Assembly (NCBI RefSeq): GCF_902652985.1
Contig: NC_047033.1
Location: 22,630,001-22,694,000 of the forward strand
Reading direction: 5' to 3'
From: Pecten maximus
Taxonomy: Eukaryota
DNA: 64,000 nt
The notes below the pieces were generated by a model. It did not search any database. It had not been told where the DNA came from and saw nothing but the letters and a program-made list of their open reading frames with translations. A program made the position numbers and the translations under genes. Below, piece after piece: positions 24,191 to 38,602 of the stretch (within the stretch, counting starts at the first letter, position 1; each line of letters opens with the position of its first letter).

Positions 24191-26192
24191 AAACTTAATA
24201 TGAAATCGAACTATCAGTTCGTTAAAATTCTCATACGTTTGTAATATTGCCAACTTTTATTGTCAGTGCTAAGTATTATTGCACTGCGCCCCTTTCGGAC
24301 TCGATTGAGACAGTAGGCGTCGGTACTTGTATACAGAACCGTAAAAATAAATAAAACTAAAAAAGGATTCATAAAAACGTACCATATGAAATAAATATAT
24401 CGGACATAGCACCGCTTTACGCTCACTTTACTGTACACAGAGACAAAGTCATCAGATGTGCAGTAAATTTTGACTTAAAGGGATTTACATTAAAATATTT
24501 GGGTAAAAAAATTGCTGTATGCTCTAACACACAAGCGCGTGATATGATTATTTTGGATTGGTCATACAAGGATGGTGTCGACAGATGTGGAGATTTAATC
24601 TCAGGAAAAATGATATAACGCTTGATTACACCATACGAAATCTAACAAAGCCTTCACTTAACTATATTCAGTTTTCAATATATTTATGGATGTTTGTCTT
24701 AGCCGTGGTTATTACTGCGAGCGAGTTTTAGATTTACTGAATGGCTAGACCATTGCATTATTCGTTGGAATGGATTAATCAAGTGAGGATTGTTTTGTTT
24801 TGTTTACATTTTCCTTTCTTGAAATGAATGTCCTTTCAGGTAACACTCTAAAGTCGGCATCAGTTCCGCGCAATTACAGAAATCACCAACATACCTCAGC
24901 CTCGCAACACAAACTCACCACAAGCATGCAACACCAGAGACTGGTGGGAAAATGTTTGGGAATCGCTTTGTAATAATTATAGCCTTGGTTTCCGGTGTCT
25001 ACAATGACAATCGACCCGAGAAGTGATATTTCCCGAGGCAATCTGAAATCTTGTCAATAATTATGTACTTTCACTGAATAAAACAGAAAATACCAACATG
25101 AAAAACAAAACCGAAATTCTGACTTCAAATCGATAAAAAGGGTAAAACATATAGATTTGTATGGAGACACTTGGTGTACAGGAAAAATAAGTCTAGTTCT
25201 ACGGAAAGGGTATTTTTTTCTGCTTTACTTCGTAACAGCCAGCATTAAATATTTTTTCATACGGTGTATATCGATTGACAATAGAAAGCGAATAACATTG
25301 GGGCACAGCAACACTATATTGCGACATTGACTCCAGTGTTATCAATTTTGAACTCTGTTGGTCCTAACCTGGCTCCATTAAAGTAGGACCCGCCTTTAAA
25401 TGACTTGGTGTTGATAGGACGTTCTACAATACCAAGGATGTTCAAGCTTACCAAAATATGTTACGTTCCCTCTCCGAATACTCGGCGAAATCGTTCTCAG
25501 TCTGTTAGAGAATAATTGTGTCCAAGTAAAAAGACTATCCAAGCAGATTCAACGAAAGGAATCACTCACTCATATATGGCCTCATATGGTTTCATACCAT
25601 CCTGATTGACGCCAGGAAGCTAACACTGAACAACGAATACTGGTCACGAGATGTGACTGCTTTATTTATTTCAATACTCAATAGCTTTAGCGTTTGATAA
25701 AAGGTTGTTGATAATTAGTTTCCGTCGTTGTTGAATGCGATTGCTAGAGTCTGTTTACATAATTGATCACACTAAAAGCAATTCATTTCGAATATCTGGA
25801 CAGTTTATTCCATTTGGTCGTCTATTACGACAATTCCTTGCAAGCATACATAACAGTTCTAAAATAAGGTATTTCAATTATATTTTTATGTAAAAAACAA
25901 TTCATTATCCTTGTTTGAAACAAATAACCCGGCCTTGTGACATCCAAAAGACAAAGAGGACTGAGTATCAAATATGAATAACAGTGTAGAGAGTACAATT
26001 TATAAAGGGTGTCCTGGTAATGAATTTAAAGACAGTAATTCAATCTCGACCGCCTTTGATTTGGTCCCACGTTTCGGATGATAGACTGTTGAATCTCATT
26101 AGATCAAGAATATATTATCTTTAATATTCGGAATGGCCTGTGTGGAAAATTGGATGCTTCCCCCATATTTAAATATGAAAAAAATAATGTGT

Positions 26193-27060
26193 TTTATCTC
26201 ACCTAGTTCGAGGGACCAGTGAGCTTATGCCATGGTGCGGCGTCCGTCAACGTTTCCTTTTAATCGCTACTAGTCCTGACTTGTTCAATGTTTTTTGCCT
26301 TGGTCAGCAGCATCCTTTGAGAAAGCCGGTACAAATTATACATAATGATGACTGGCCGGAGGAGCGGAACCCTATCATATAAATCGCTACCATTCATGAT
26401 GGATCCGATTAAATGGTGTTCCTGGCCCCAATTGGGGCCGGAAGGTTAGTTATTACATTCATTGCATTCTTTACAGTCCATCAATAGTGTTAACGCCATT
26501 CGGGCCAAAAACGTGGTGAGTAACAGTTAGCAAAAAACAAAATCTTACAACGAACTGTATAAAATGAGCCAGAGGGCACATTGGAGAAATTTAATCGCTA
26601 ATAGTAAATTGATTTGGACCAACTTTGATCAGAAGCATCCTTGGGGAACTGGAACCAAATCATGTATACATAGTAACTGGTTCCTCTGGGACAGGAATGG
26701 CGGGGTCCAGTAGGGAAAATAGAGGTGTTTCCTTAAAATAGTGTCATGATAGTCTGAATGTATTTTGACCAAGTTTGGTCTGAAGCATTCTTTTCTGAAG
26801 GGAACCGATTTTGTATAATCTGTGATTCCTGCCCCTAGGAATCCGAGGGCGGGGCAAAACACAGAAAATAAAGGAAATTCTTTAAAATATTTCTTCATCT
26901 GTAAGAATAAAGGGATTTAGTCCATATTCGGTCTGGCCATATGGCAATTTTTTTATATCCTTATTTTTCTTTGGTAATGAAAGGATTATGTCTATATTTT
27001 GGTTGAAGCTGAAGCATCCTTGTCTTTAACATCAGTTTTGTTTACATTAGGTTGTTTTCT
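26193..27060 (-). mobile_element. Degenerate Helentron-associated element (HINE)
   Basis: End motif ttttatctcacc...gtgagcttatgcc..gcggcgtccgtc followed by diverged internal repeats (tggtcagaagcatcctt). Confidence 0.55.
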
Positions 27061-27656
27061 TTTACCTATTACTAAAAACATTGGGTCCTTTGCACCTCCC
27101 AAACTATATTTTTATCCCCAGCTTTCATCGGGTTTGTGAATGGCTGATGAGAAGTCTTGTAAAATCGGTTCACTTTATCCCGTAATACATATTTAATAAT
27201 GCATAATTATGCATAATTATGTATAAGACCTTTTTTCGAGTTTCAAACAATACATTATGGGTCAACAGAATGTAACGAATTCGCATGTTAAGGTTTTGTT
27301 CATATCTGGTCTCCTACCACGTTAAGCCCTTAGCATCATTAACGAAGCCCAAGAAAGACGATCCACCTGAAGATAAATATCTAACTCTACATTGTTAGAA
27401 ATAAGTTTACATATTTCGTCTTTCGTACAATCCTTATAAGTATATGAAATAGTGTCTTCAATGAGAACGTGACGAGAACATTTTGTCTCTAGTATAAATA
27501 GCCTGACTTCGCATTTAAATGAAACAAGTAACACTGATATTATTTTGCCTTAAAAATTTAGAAAAAAATCACGTTTGAAATTGTTTTTCAATGCGACTTT
27601 TATTTCATCTTCAAAAAACCTTTAAGAACTAATCAACTAATAAGTGTTAAATCCAC

Positions 27657-28120
27657 TTTCTACCACAATACCCTGTGTTATTCAACTCTCAGACCATCAG
27701 TTAATCATTACAGCTGTTGATTAACAATCTGTTTATACCACACGTGGTAGAAACTCTGTACGCATTTTGATTGGCTAACACGGTGAACTTTGACCCAAGC
27801 TGCAATTGTTATTGACGTCATCAATAATCTAACGACGTCACATCACCGGGTCCCGGACGTCACCGGTACACTTTATTTGCATACGCGAAATTATACTTGA
27901 CCACGTTTCCCTTTGATTCAAGCCGATATTATTGTGGTAGAAACAGGTCACACGACTCGAAATTGTTGGATATGGAATTTATTTCACACTCGTAAGTTAT
28001 TTTTTAAAAGTTGCAAAAAACACTCGCTAAAGCTCGTGTCTTTTGTAACTTTAAAAAAATAACTTACTCGTGTGAAATAAATTCCATATCCAACAACCAC
28101 TCGTTGTGTAACCTCTATAT
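27657..28120. mobile_element. Non-autonomous DNA element with a 134-nt hairpin (Crypton-like?)
   Basis: Hairpin at 27963-28096, a perfect 14-bp inverted repeat tttctaccacaata (27657) / tattgtggtagaaa (27930), and a 3' end 'aacctctatat'. Confidence 0.65.
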
Positions 28121-29169
28121 ATATTAGATGACTTAACTACTATAATTTTACATTACACGTGTATTCAGTCCCGTTCATTTGTAAATAACCTTGTGAATCG
28201 ATAGGATTTGTTGAACGAAGGTATATTTGATCAATGTAAAGCTGATCAACTCTAGTGAACTATGCCAATATGATTATACGGAATACGGAGAAAATGTCTA
28301 TAGACAAAGTAACTTTCGTACTTCCCAACCTGAAGAAAGTGTTTCCTAAATTTTAGAAAATATTAGTGATAATATTTCTTTGTTCGCTCTCTTCTTCAAG
28401 ATAATAAATGAAACGTGAAGTTCCCGAGTAGTACACAAACTCACCACGGGGTCGTGCCATCAGTTCATCTATTTACACATACATCTACAGATAACAAGTA
28501 CTGTAGGGCCTCTAGGGGATTGGTCCATTAATCGGGAAAGTCCGTGTATCTGTGGATGTTAACTAATGTAGGCGCCTCTCATGCCACCGACGTGGTGTTA
28601 ATTGTGTGTAAACGGTCAAGACTAATTGCGTCAGTAGCAGAGAACATGTACACCATCCATCATGGTAGCCACTACTACCGATTACACACATTCTAGGCAG
28701 TAAATAGTATGCCTACCACATGAAATGCCGAACTGACTAATTAACTAATACAGTACACAATACCATAAATTGGTGTTGGTCAGTTTGAAAAAAAAAGAGT
28801 ACCGTGGGGCGGAACAATATACGCCCGTCGAATGCCATTAATTGTAAAATTTTATTGAACTAAGGTTTACATCACTTTATGTTATAGTTGATATTACTTC
28901 CACTCTACTGTCAATGTTTTCTGTCAGTTTGAGGAATACAAGTAATCAGAAGTTACCAAAGTAGTCTTCAGCTCATCAAACAGAACTTCATGACATTATC
29001 ATAAAACATAATAAGAGAAATGGAGTATCTCAGGAAAAAAAATGAAACACTTAAATAAACAAAGGATATTGTATTGTGTTGTTTTATGGCCCATAAACAA
29101 TTTGCGTTTTTTAGGACCAGATCAGAAACACGCCAAACTAAAACGTTTAAATGTAATAAAAAACCTGAT

Positions 29170-29930
29170 ATCATAACACATTGTATCTTTTGGTGTAGTT
29201 CTCTTGCCCGTTAAAAATAAAATTAAAGCGATGCAGAAATGCTTTCAAATAAGCATTTCATAGACGTAAATGAAACAACAGGTTAAAGGTTTGATCGCAG
29301 GTAGGACAAAAGGGATGATCCTTCCTTTGATAAAATATGAGACTGTTTGATATATGTATGCCCAATGTGGAAACGCGAGAGGACAACTTCTTTCAACGAT
29401 TTCCTCTACTTTTACAACACATTCCAACACGAGGTTGGACATTGCGCAGTTTGTGTACTGTTTATGTCGAATTGTCTTGCCAGTTCAGTTTAATCAGGCT
29501 CGTGATTCGTAATAGGAATATGGCTTTCTAATTTCGTTTAATTGTAGGTTAAGTGCTTCCTCAGTAATTCCGACATGACCTGGAATCCAAAAAAGGATAA
29601 GTTGACATGTCATTAAAAGTTTATTTATGCGAAAAGCTACATTTTTATCAGATTGTTCTCAACCGACAAAGAGGCTGAGCAGATCACTGCTTTGTTAAAA
29701 ATATTCTCTTTTTTATCTAAAGCGAAATTAATTGCAACAGTTTAAGCTCTGAAATTGAGGCATTATTAGGTAGATTGCACGCAGACGATACATTGCAAGC
29801 CGGATATGCTGCGGCTACTTTCCCCTCTACCTTAGAACAATCGGTATATATAAGGATATAAGAGGGATATTGTGAGGCGAGAAAACAAACTCTTATATTG
29901 AACCTGGAGTACGCAATTTTGTGTCATTAT
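29170..29930 (-). mobile_element. I/Nimb-clade LINE fragment (RNase H plus C-terminus)
   Basis: Minus-strand remnants YTDCSKVEGKVAAA, LPNNASI, FWIPGHVGI and EVVLSRFHIGHTY, with stops and frameshifts. Confidence 0.75.
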
Positions 29931-30199
29931 GGAATGACAGATTTATATCAGCCAGTCATCCGTCTTTCATTTTTCTATCTGAATGAAAGAGAGATCTTTA
30001 TATGAATATTCAAGCAACTGGTCGCGAGTTTGATGCTAACAGGTGGATTTAATTTTTCATTCTGTTGAAAAAGCTCAAAATATTTTGAATAATAAACTAT
30101 CCGAAAAGCTGGATTTTCAAATAAAAGTAGAATAACTTTTGCAAAAAAGCCTACCAAGTTTCAAAGACAAAGGTTAAAAACTGAAAGAAAAGTTTATCT

Positions 30200-30470
30200 G
30201 TTTCGTTTATACCCAGGTCCGTTTTGAGGCAGAATGTCCTTGTAGTATTTGGTGACTACCTCACTGAACAACATACGGGAGACCCGTCGCATGCAATCCA
30301 GAACAATTAGGGTAAAGTGTCTTGTCCACAGTCACGACAGCACAGACCGGCCTGTTTCTCAGCTTCCCGAGACACCACAAACCAACACGGTAGAGAGCGT
30401 CAAACCACGCACATCGGACCATTACCTGAGGTTTCGTGGCCGGTGCTCTAATCTGAGCTATCGCGGCCCT
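30200..30470 (-). mobile_element. tRNA-head CORE-type SINE
   Basis: Minus strand begins gggccgcgatagctcagattagagcacc (A-box-like), then ggtttgacgct (B-box-like) and a CORE-like 'ggacaagacactttaccctaattg'. Confidence 0.65.
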
Positions 30471-31619
30471 CTGAAGGTGGAGATCCCCGTACAAAGATCG
30501 ATTACCGAAATAAAGAAAGGACAATTACTTTTGTTAATGCCGTTGGTTCAGAGAAAAACAATTACATATCAGGACTATAATACATCAAATATAGATCAAA
30601 TGGACAAACAAAATTTTACGCCGGACGCACTGACATCAGATAATATTACGTCAAAACACGGATAATTCCACAAACATATTAATACTGATATGATATAACA
30701 AGAGGAACATATCTCACAATAAAATATGAAAACTAGAAGTCATCAAAGACACTACTTATTTCCTTAATGGTTTTTATTGAAATGAGATAAAGCGCTATAA
30801 GGTAGTAGCATGTCATAATTGTTTATGTAAAATACTGCCCAGACTTTTTATCAATAAATATTTCTTACATAGATCCACCACTGTGTATTTATTTTGACGT
30901 ATACTCTAATTCCTGACACAGATGTTCAGGTCACTAAAATGACACTTAATAGAGTTGTCATAACGTATAACTAGCCGCATTCCCTGTCTGGTGAAATACT
31001 TACTCGGAAGGCTGTTACTAAAAGACGTTGATCGACATAAACACACTATCCAAGGTATTGTTTTATGATGTGCTGATCATATTTATAAGATTATGATATT
31101 ACATACCATTTATATTTCACAGCGTACACGCATACAGACACCCTCACACACATACACTTACATACCTATCGGTGTCATAATAGCATTATGGTTACATTCT
31201 TCACGTTATATGGATGTTGGTAGGACGGGAAACCAAATCAAGCATGGAAAGGTCATTAGGGCCAACAATGATGAGTAATGATGAGAATAAAGCAAAACAG
31301 CATCAAATACACGCCATACGTAAAGATATATTGGAACACTCGATGAGTAACGTTGCTATGGTTACTCACATATTACGGTACATAAGATTTACAAAATTTC
31401 AAAAGTTTTTTTTATATGTATCATATTGTTAGACTTGTTGTACATCAGAACAATCCAATATAATGTCTTAACGGTAAATGGTCCATTCGATTTAAAGTGT
31501 TCTGTCTTCGACTCTATTCCATTGCTATGTCACGGACGCTATTCCATTTGGAGTGTTATGTCGCAGGCGCTATTGCAGTTTAAGGCGAAGGCCCCCAACG
31601 GAAAACTGCTTTTAAGATA

Positions 31620-34330
31620 AAGTTTTAAAAGGTCTGCAATGTTTTCCGAGACAGTCATTCAATAATATTTTCATTCTCGATAAGGGTGATCAACAACAGT
31701 AACTTCTCTATGAATATGAAGCATTACCAGCGGTGATTGCCTGGTCGTGTCCCCTTGTCGACCTCAGGTATGTCTTTATTTGCCTTAAAGCGCTGAATGA
31801 ATGACCGCTCTGCAGTCGAAGAGCCGGTCTGAAAGGTATCAAAAAGCAATGTAATCTGTTCATCTGTTATATTTCTGACTATTCTCAGCAAGAACTTGAA
31901 TGCCGTGTAACTAGGCTTCCCATTCAGGAGATTATCCTCCAACTGTTGTATAATGTAGTCCACTTTATAGAGGCAGCGGCGCCAGTAGTCTGATGGGTCA
32001 TTACCAGGAACGTTGGCTCTGTTCTGCTGGCGTCCATCGCGACGGGGTGTAGATGGCACAAGTTCGAAGTCCTGACAACCGCATTTGCTTTTCGGTACAC
32101 TATCCCAAACAGCATCAACACTCCATTCTGCTGGTTATTGTGCTATGACCACGCGACATACTTCCATTACTGCAATCATATCACAAGACGTTTCCTGGAG
32201 AAAGTAAGACAAGTGGACGACAATCTTAATGAAGTGCTCACACACGAATAGCCCAACAATTCATACAGCAAAATAGCATTCATGTGTATGCCGGCGTTAC
32301 AATACACATACAATGCATTAGGCGCATGTTGTTTTATAAGAGCCTGCATCCCGTTGACTGGACCTGAAATGTCACTCTCTCCATTGTATCCTTGTATTCG
32401 CACGAACGTGCATCTGCCCTACTGCCATATCTGGTTTCGCATAACTCGGCAACTTTTGTTTTTTCCCATTGCTTCTTTGACATTTGGGTTGTTTCCAAGT
32501 TCCTCTATAAAGGCATTCATACGTTCAGCCGATTAACTGAAGACTAACTCAACTTCTTGGACATTGGCCATCATTGTCCGTACGCATGGTTCTCTAGAGC
32601 TATGAACGATTATCATGTTTAGACAACGTACTTTACAATACACATACAATGCATTAGGTGCATGCTGTTTTATAAGAGCCTGCATCGCGTTGACATGTCC
32701 TGACATGTTGTTCGCACCATTGTATATTTGTGTTCTCATGGACCCGATTCAACAAGAAGGCCGCAAATAGATCCTTTGATTGACTTTGTATGGAGAAAGC
32801 CTTGAAAGTATTCTTTCACTGAATGTGTCAACATGATCATTGACATCTGCGAAGCGAAACACACACAGAACTGTGTTTGTGTAGCATTGTCTGTCATTTC
32901 ACCAGCAAGCAACGTGAACTAATACCCATCACAATTTTGGAGTTTTTAGTTCTCAATCTGTTTGCCGCATATTACAATAATTTGCATACGTAAGATGGTC
33001 TACAAGTAATGCACCATCCTTGGCAAACATGTGAAATATGGACATAAAACTGCTGTTTTTCTCAATGTGTCACCTTTTTTCTCAGGATATGTCTATTCTT
33101 TGTAATATCCGCTTTGTGTGATGCAGACAACGTTCTTTTAATTGTTTTGACAATTTGATGTCACCGTAGTTTATACCCATTTGCGTGTAACCATGGTGTT
33201 GAGACTTGTAGCTGATGTGGCGTTTAATTAGCTGTCCGAGGTTTGCCCAATCGGTACCCGGCAAAAGTGTTCAATTTTGGGTCGCTGTGACCACAAATTG
33301 AACAATGTATATGCAATCATTTTCTATGGAATACCTCATCCAGTCATTTTTGCTTCAGCCATGCTGAATTTAACTTTCTCATTTTCTACCAATTAATATG
33401 TTGCAGTAATATGAGTCTGAGGTAAGTAATGTTTAATATAGTATATCTGTATAACGTTTTAAAATAAAAAAAAAATGGCGTCGATATTTTGCTGCAATGT
33501 TGTTTTTTTTACCATTTCATTTGCTGATTAACTCATTTTCCCTGAAGAGCTGTTTGTGATAAAGAGTTAGCAAAGGGGAAGATCGGTCTTTTTATAATAT
33601 TCAATTTATTTTAATATAACTCAGTCTTTCTAACCCCTTAAAACTTTTTGTTTGCTCTCACCACGAATATTTATTTTCTGCAGGTTTGGTGCAAACTAAT
33701 TCGAAAGCAATTAAAAGACTGCGTAGACGTGTCAGCATAAAACAAATTGTCCCGAAATACATAAATACATTATATATATTCAGCTTAATGTTAACATTTA
33801 TATAATGCATGAATGCATTGTAAACGTTATTGCATGTATCGTTAAAAACAATCGTTTAGAGGAAATACCTTTTTGTAACTAAGTTAAGGTTAATAATCAT
33901 GCATTACGATCGTTTTCCTTTGATGTTTTCAAATGTCCATGGCTTATAAAATCATAGCATCTATTGAATAGCCCCATCTCAACACGGGGGTTGATGGGTG
34001 ATTGGCCCGGTTTGGGATGGGGGGTACATGTCATTCTCATCTTTTTCAAAAGCGAAAACTTCTGATAAATATTATTTGAAATGTGAATTGGGGAGTTTAA
34101 TTGAATTTATTGAATTGTCCAAATCACCTTGATAGAAATTGTAGCTGTGTAACGTTACTCGGACCTGGATTTCTAGAGATAACATTAGACTGGTTTTCAG
34201 ACGCTGTTTCTTCTTGTTTGGGTTTGAAGAAGGTGTCGACCTTCTGCATATGTTTGGAAGCCTTCTTCATTTTGAATAAATGCACTTGTCAACATCATAC
34301 AATTGGACATGCATTGATAGCAACGGACTA
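31620..34330 (-). pseudogene. Decayed hAT transposase (ZMYM1/P52rIPK-like)
   Basis: RTQIYNGANNMSGHVNAMQALIKQHAPNALYVYCKVRCLN (hAT 'GQxYDGA..MSG...YVHC..H.LNL'), ELCETRY, RQQNRANVP..DPSDYWR and an N-terminal QKVDTFFKPK. Many stops. Confidence 0.82.
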
Positions 34331-36456
34331 GTTACTAATTTGGGTATTCAATAAAATACTTTCGTGTTATGATCATTACTTAAGATATTAGCTGCACTCC
34401 TAGAATATATGGTGTTCCGTCTTTGTTCAAGGATGAGTTAGGAAAAATCAACTTTTGCCTTATCAAAATCTGTTTTCATTTGATGAATCCCATTTATTGT
34501 TTGTATTCGTATTTGATATATGACAATTTAATGTGAATTGATTAACATTCAGTGCGAAAAACTGAATGGAATTAATTGCATTTCAAACTTCATTTCACTT
34601 ACCTTGTACAGTAAAATCATTTAAAAAAGCATTATCTGTACAAGTTAATTACAAAAAAGTCATATACTAATCGACTTTTATATTATAGTATGAAATGATT
34701 AACGTGAATTATTAATGCTTCCAATCTTGTCAAGTACAGTTGCTGTACTGGTAATGTGGGGTTATCAATATTATCATATACCTTCATTTATTTAAAGTGG
34801 AATATACAACATTTTGATTTATATCGACACTCGCATGCGTATTCAACTGAGTTTTACTTCTGATGTTCCCACGAGACTCTCATGCATGTAAATCAAATGC
34901 TTAATTAATTATCTGCTTAAATAGAAACTTTCATTCACAATATCTAAAACAGAAATTCCACTCTGAAATGAGGAATTCAGAACATGAACTTTTCGCCCTT
35001 TTTACTGACCATTTTTGGCCCTAGTGACCTTCATAGTATCGTTAAGAATTCATAAATCACTAACTTACGATCTATTTGTGTAGTAGACTAGATTGAAAGT
35101 TACCATAAAGTTGTGTAGGCATAATACGTATAAAACGGCGGCCAAAGTTCCATGCAGAAGCTTTGATAATAAAAAGTAATAATAATAACCGATTAGGTAC
35201 ACAAATACTGGTATCCCGAACGGAATACTGGGCATTGGAATGTTGGGTGCCGAGTAGACATTAGATGTTCCAGTGACACCGCCAATGTCAGGTTAGACCC
35301 GCAATTTATACAAAATTGGATCTCCTTCTCCCAAGGATGTATCAGGCAAAGTTTGAAACCGCTTAGTTGTATTTATGTGAAAGCAGGGGACATACGGTGA
35401 GCTTCTTTTGTACAGATATATCCGACTTCTCATGTGTGTAAAGAACTGCAGTATGTACATATGAGTATAAGGTTGTACGTTGATTGTAAAAAACGGATGA
35501 TTAAAATCATCTTCTTAATAGTTAAAGTGTGGGAAAAATAATGATAAACATTGAGTTATATGTTCGTAAAAAGATCCAAGTTGTCAAATATTCGATCCAA
35601 TGAAAAAGTATTTCTCGAGGCACTCGTACGTAGTTGAGGCGACAATGACATGACATTAAGTGACAATCATAGTATAAACAGCTTAAGTTACTGTGAACCA
35701 ACAGAGAAATCAATACATATATTAAAACAGCCTAACGTATTGCTTTTTAATTATCACTTTCGATTGAACGAAATGGTTAAAGACTCGGTTGAAACACGTT
35801 AACAACGGCAATGTCTTGTGAAAAAACCCGTGTATAAAATGCCGGTAAGATTGTTACTTCTCAAGATGTTTATATTAAAATTTGTTAATGAGTTAATATC
35901 ACTTTCCTACAATCCTGGCATGTATTTAACTAGTAATCTCAATGGTAATACACATGTTTAAATTTTAAATTGATTACTGTGATGTTTGATTTAATTTAAT
36001 CTGGTATTGATGACTTAGAACTCCGAATAGAAATCTTTGAAAAAAAAAATGTTTCTGTATAAAAAATATAGGTTTCGTTAGGATTCTATACATCTTTGCG
36101 AACCCCGTTATCTACCAACATTAATTGAATTAAACAGCCTGGAGGAGATGAAAGATCAAACACCTGTAATTCAGATTAAAACGAGTTCCTTGTGGATAAG
36201 ACATCATTTTCTTAAAGTTCGGAATATCATGTGAGAAGAATTATTGAAATTTTTTTTTCAGTTCGGCTTGGCTGACCAAGAATACTCAAATACTTTAATA
36301 AACATGATAATGTGTTTTACGAGAAACACTTATGGTCATTATAACATGCTAATTGTACATATATCTAAATCTTCACTGAATCACGTTGCCAATTTGAGCA
36401 TATAATTGTGTAACATTTGACCAAATCCTTTGTGAGAATATGATGTAACTGATTCA

Positions 36457-36935
36457 CGAAACAGTCACACCGAAACAGTCACGCCGAAAGTCATACCGAA
36501 ACAGTCACACCGAAAAAGTCATTCCTAAACAGTCAAACCGAAACAGTCACACCGAAACAGTCATACCGAAACAGTCACACCGAAACAGTCACACCGAAAA
36601 AGTCATTCCTAAACAGTCACACCGAAACAGTCACACCGAAAAAAGTCATTCCTAAACAGTCAAACCGAAACAGTCACACCGAAACTGTCACACCGAAAAA
36701 GTCATTCCTAAACAGTCAAACCGAAACAGTCACACCGAAACTGTCACACCGAAACAGTCACGCCGACACAGTCACGCCGAAACAGTCACACCGAAACAGT
36801 CACACCGAAAAAGTCTTTCCTAAACAGTCAAACCGAAACAGTCATACCGAAACAGTCACACCGAAACTGTCACACCGAAACAGTCACGCCGAAAGTCATA
36901 CCGAAACAGTCGCACCGAAACTGTCACACCGAAAC
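36457..36935. repeat. 14-bp minisatellite, about 34 copies
   Basis: Unit ccgaaacagtcaca, with a recurring variant 'ccgaaaaagtcattcctaaacagtca'. Confidence 0.95.
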
Positions 36936-38214
36936 CAAATAAGCATGGAGATAATTGATCATTATCGTAACTTACCTGAGAACCCGTCCATTGGAAAATG
37001 TAGTTAATAGTATTTCATTTATCCAGGGAAAATAAACAGTTTTAGGATCACCGACACATTCCACTTCAACAACACAGTATCATACATTCATTCGGGAACG
37101 TCTTCATTTGCTCACTAGCTATAGAAGATCGCTGATTATTTGTAATTACACATTCAGCTATTTCAGCCACACCGCATAGATAACGGCATTAAGATCAGCG
37201 GCCCCCACGAGCAGCGACTGATATTCGTCCGCTACTTAGGTATATATACACGTGTTTGTCGTGATGGGTGTCTTAAGTAGGCTTGATCGATCAATATGGA
37301 GGAGGAACTGTCACAAACGTACACACCATATTGACTACATAACGTTTTCTAAAGTTTCAACCAGTGGCTCAGCTATGGAAATACGGACTGTTTAGATATT
37401 ATCCCGTTTATTTTAAGACTTGATGATACTTTGTTTTACATTACAATTGTATCCTATTAACGTACTAACACTCATAATAATATGCGCCTCTTTATTAAAC
37501 TGCTTTTAAATATATCTTAACTATCGAGCACCAGATGGACTACATCCGATATAGACAGTGGTATGTTTCCAATATTTACACTCCAGGGCTCAAAGGCAAT
37601 TAGAACCCATCCTAATAGTGGTTGGCCGTAGGAATGCCACAAACAACAAAACATAGAAATGCTGCAGCACACTTTACGGTTATTTTGGTGTCTGGTTTCA
37701 GTGTCTGATTCGTTTCGGGCACACACCTCTGTATAGGTTATCGGTGAGTGTCTTTTGAGTTACAAGATAAGGCGACTAGCGTATATCATATCTGTCCAGA
37801 CAAACTTAAGGGCCTTGTGTGATAGAATGGAGGTAATACGCTTTGATAGATGGTCAGTCAAATTTAGCAATAGATCTATTATTAAGAATGTATAAAAAAG
37901 TAAAAATCAACCCTATGTTTTGATATCGATTTCGTAAACATGAGGCAGTGAAAAGCGCTTTAATCTAATATTAATTTCATACACGTACACTAGATACTAA
38001 CCAGCGTGTTCAAAAACTGTTCATCTATTCTTATGTTTAGCTCAAAAATGTCGACTGTTTTGTCATAGGACTGAGTCGATATTCAGGACGTGTGTATAAA
38101 TTTACCTGCTTTACCCCATTGCATAATTCATAAGAGACTAAAACAACTTTTTTGGGTCCTGCTTGGGTCACTGTTGGCCTATAGGTAGCACACTACAGTA
38201 GGACTGCCTGGCCA

Positions 38215-38602
38215 GGGGTGTTTTTTTTTGTTAAGCAAAAAACTCCTGTATTATGATATCCATAAAAATTGAAAAACTAAATGTACACTAAAATTTGTAG
38301 ATATTTAATTTCAAATAGGTTTCAGAAAAAAAATCGTGTAAAGAATTGTGTCATTTCGGTTAAAATAGCATAATATTTTGAATTTTTAAGTTGTTACCAT
38401 GGTATTCACAACTCTAAAAACACACAAAAATGTAAGTTTACCTATCTATCAGAACTGTAATAAGTTTGCAAATGTTGTAAAGATTGCAAAGATATATACT
38501 TTATCATAGGTAATATGTAGGGTTAACTGGCAATGTTTAGATATCTAAAACTTGTGCCATATTTTTTCAGAAGTGGGCATTTTTTTACTGTATACTGCTA
38601 CC
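38215..38602. mobile_element. Dispersed repeat homologous to 44860-45303 (possible non-autonomous Kolobok-type end)
   Basis: Shared 'ggtaatatgtagggtta...atatct.aaac.tgtgc...ttttcag...tactgt..actgctacc'. Confidence 0.5.

Noticed and set aside
30400-30470. tRNA gene
   Set aside because: Only an A/B-box-like SINE head; no complete cloverleaf is visible.
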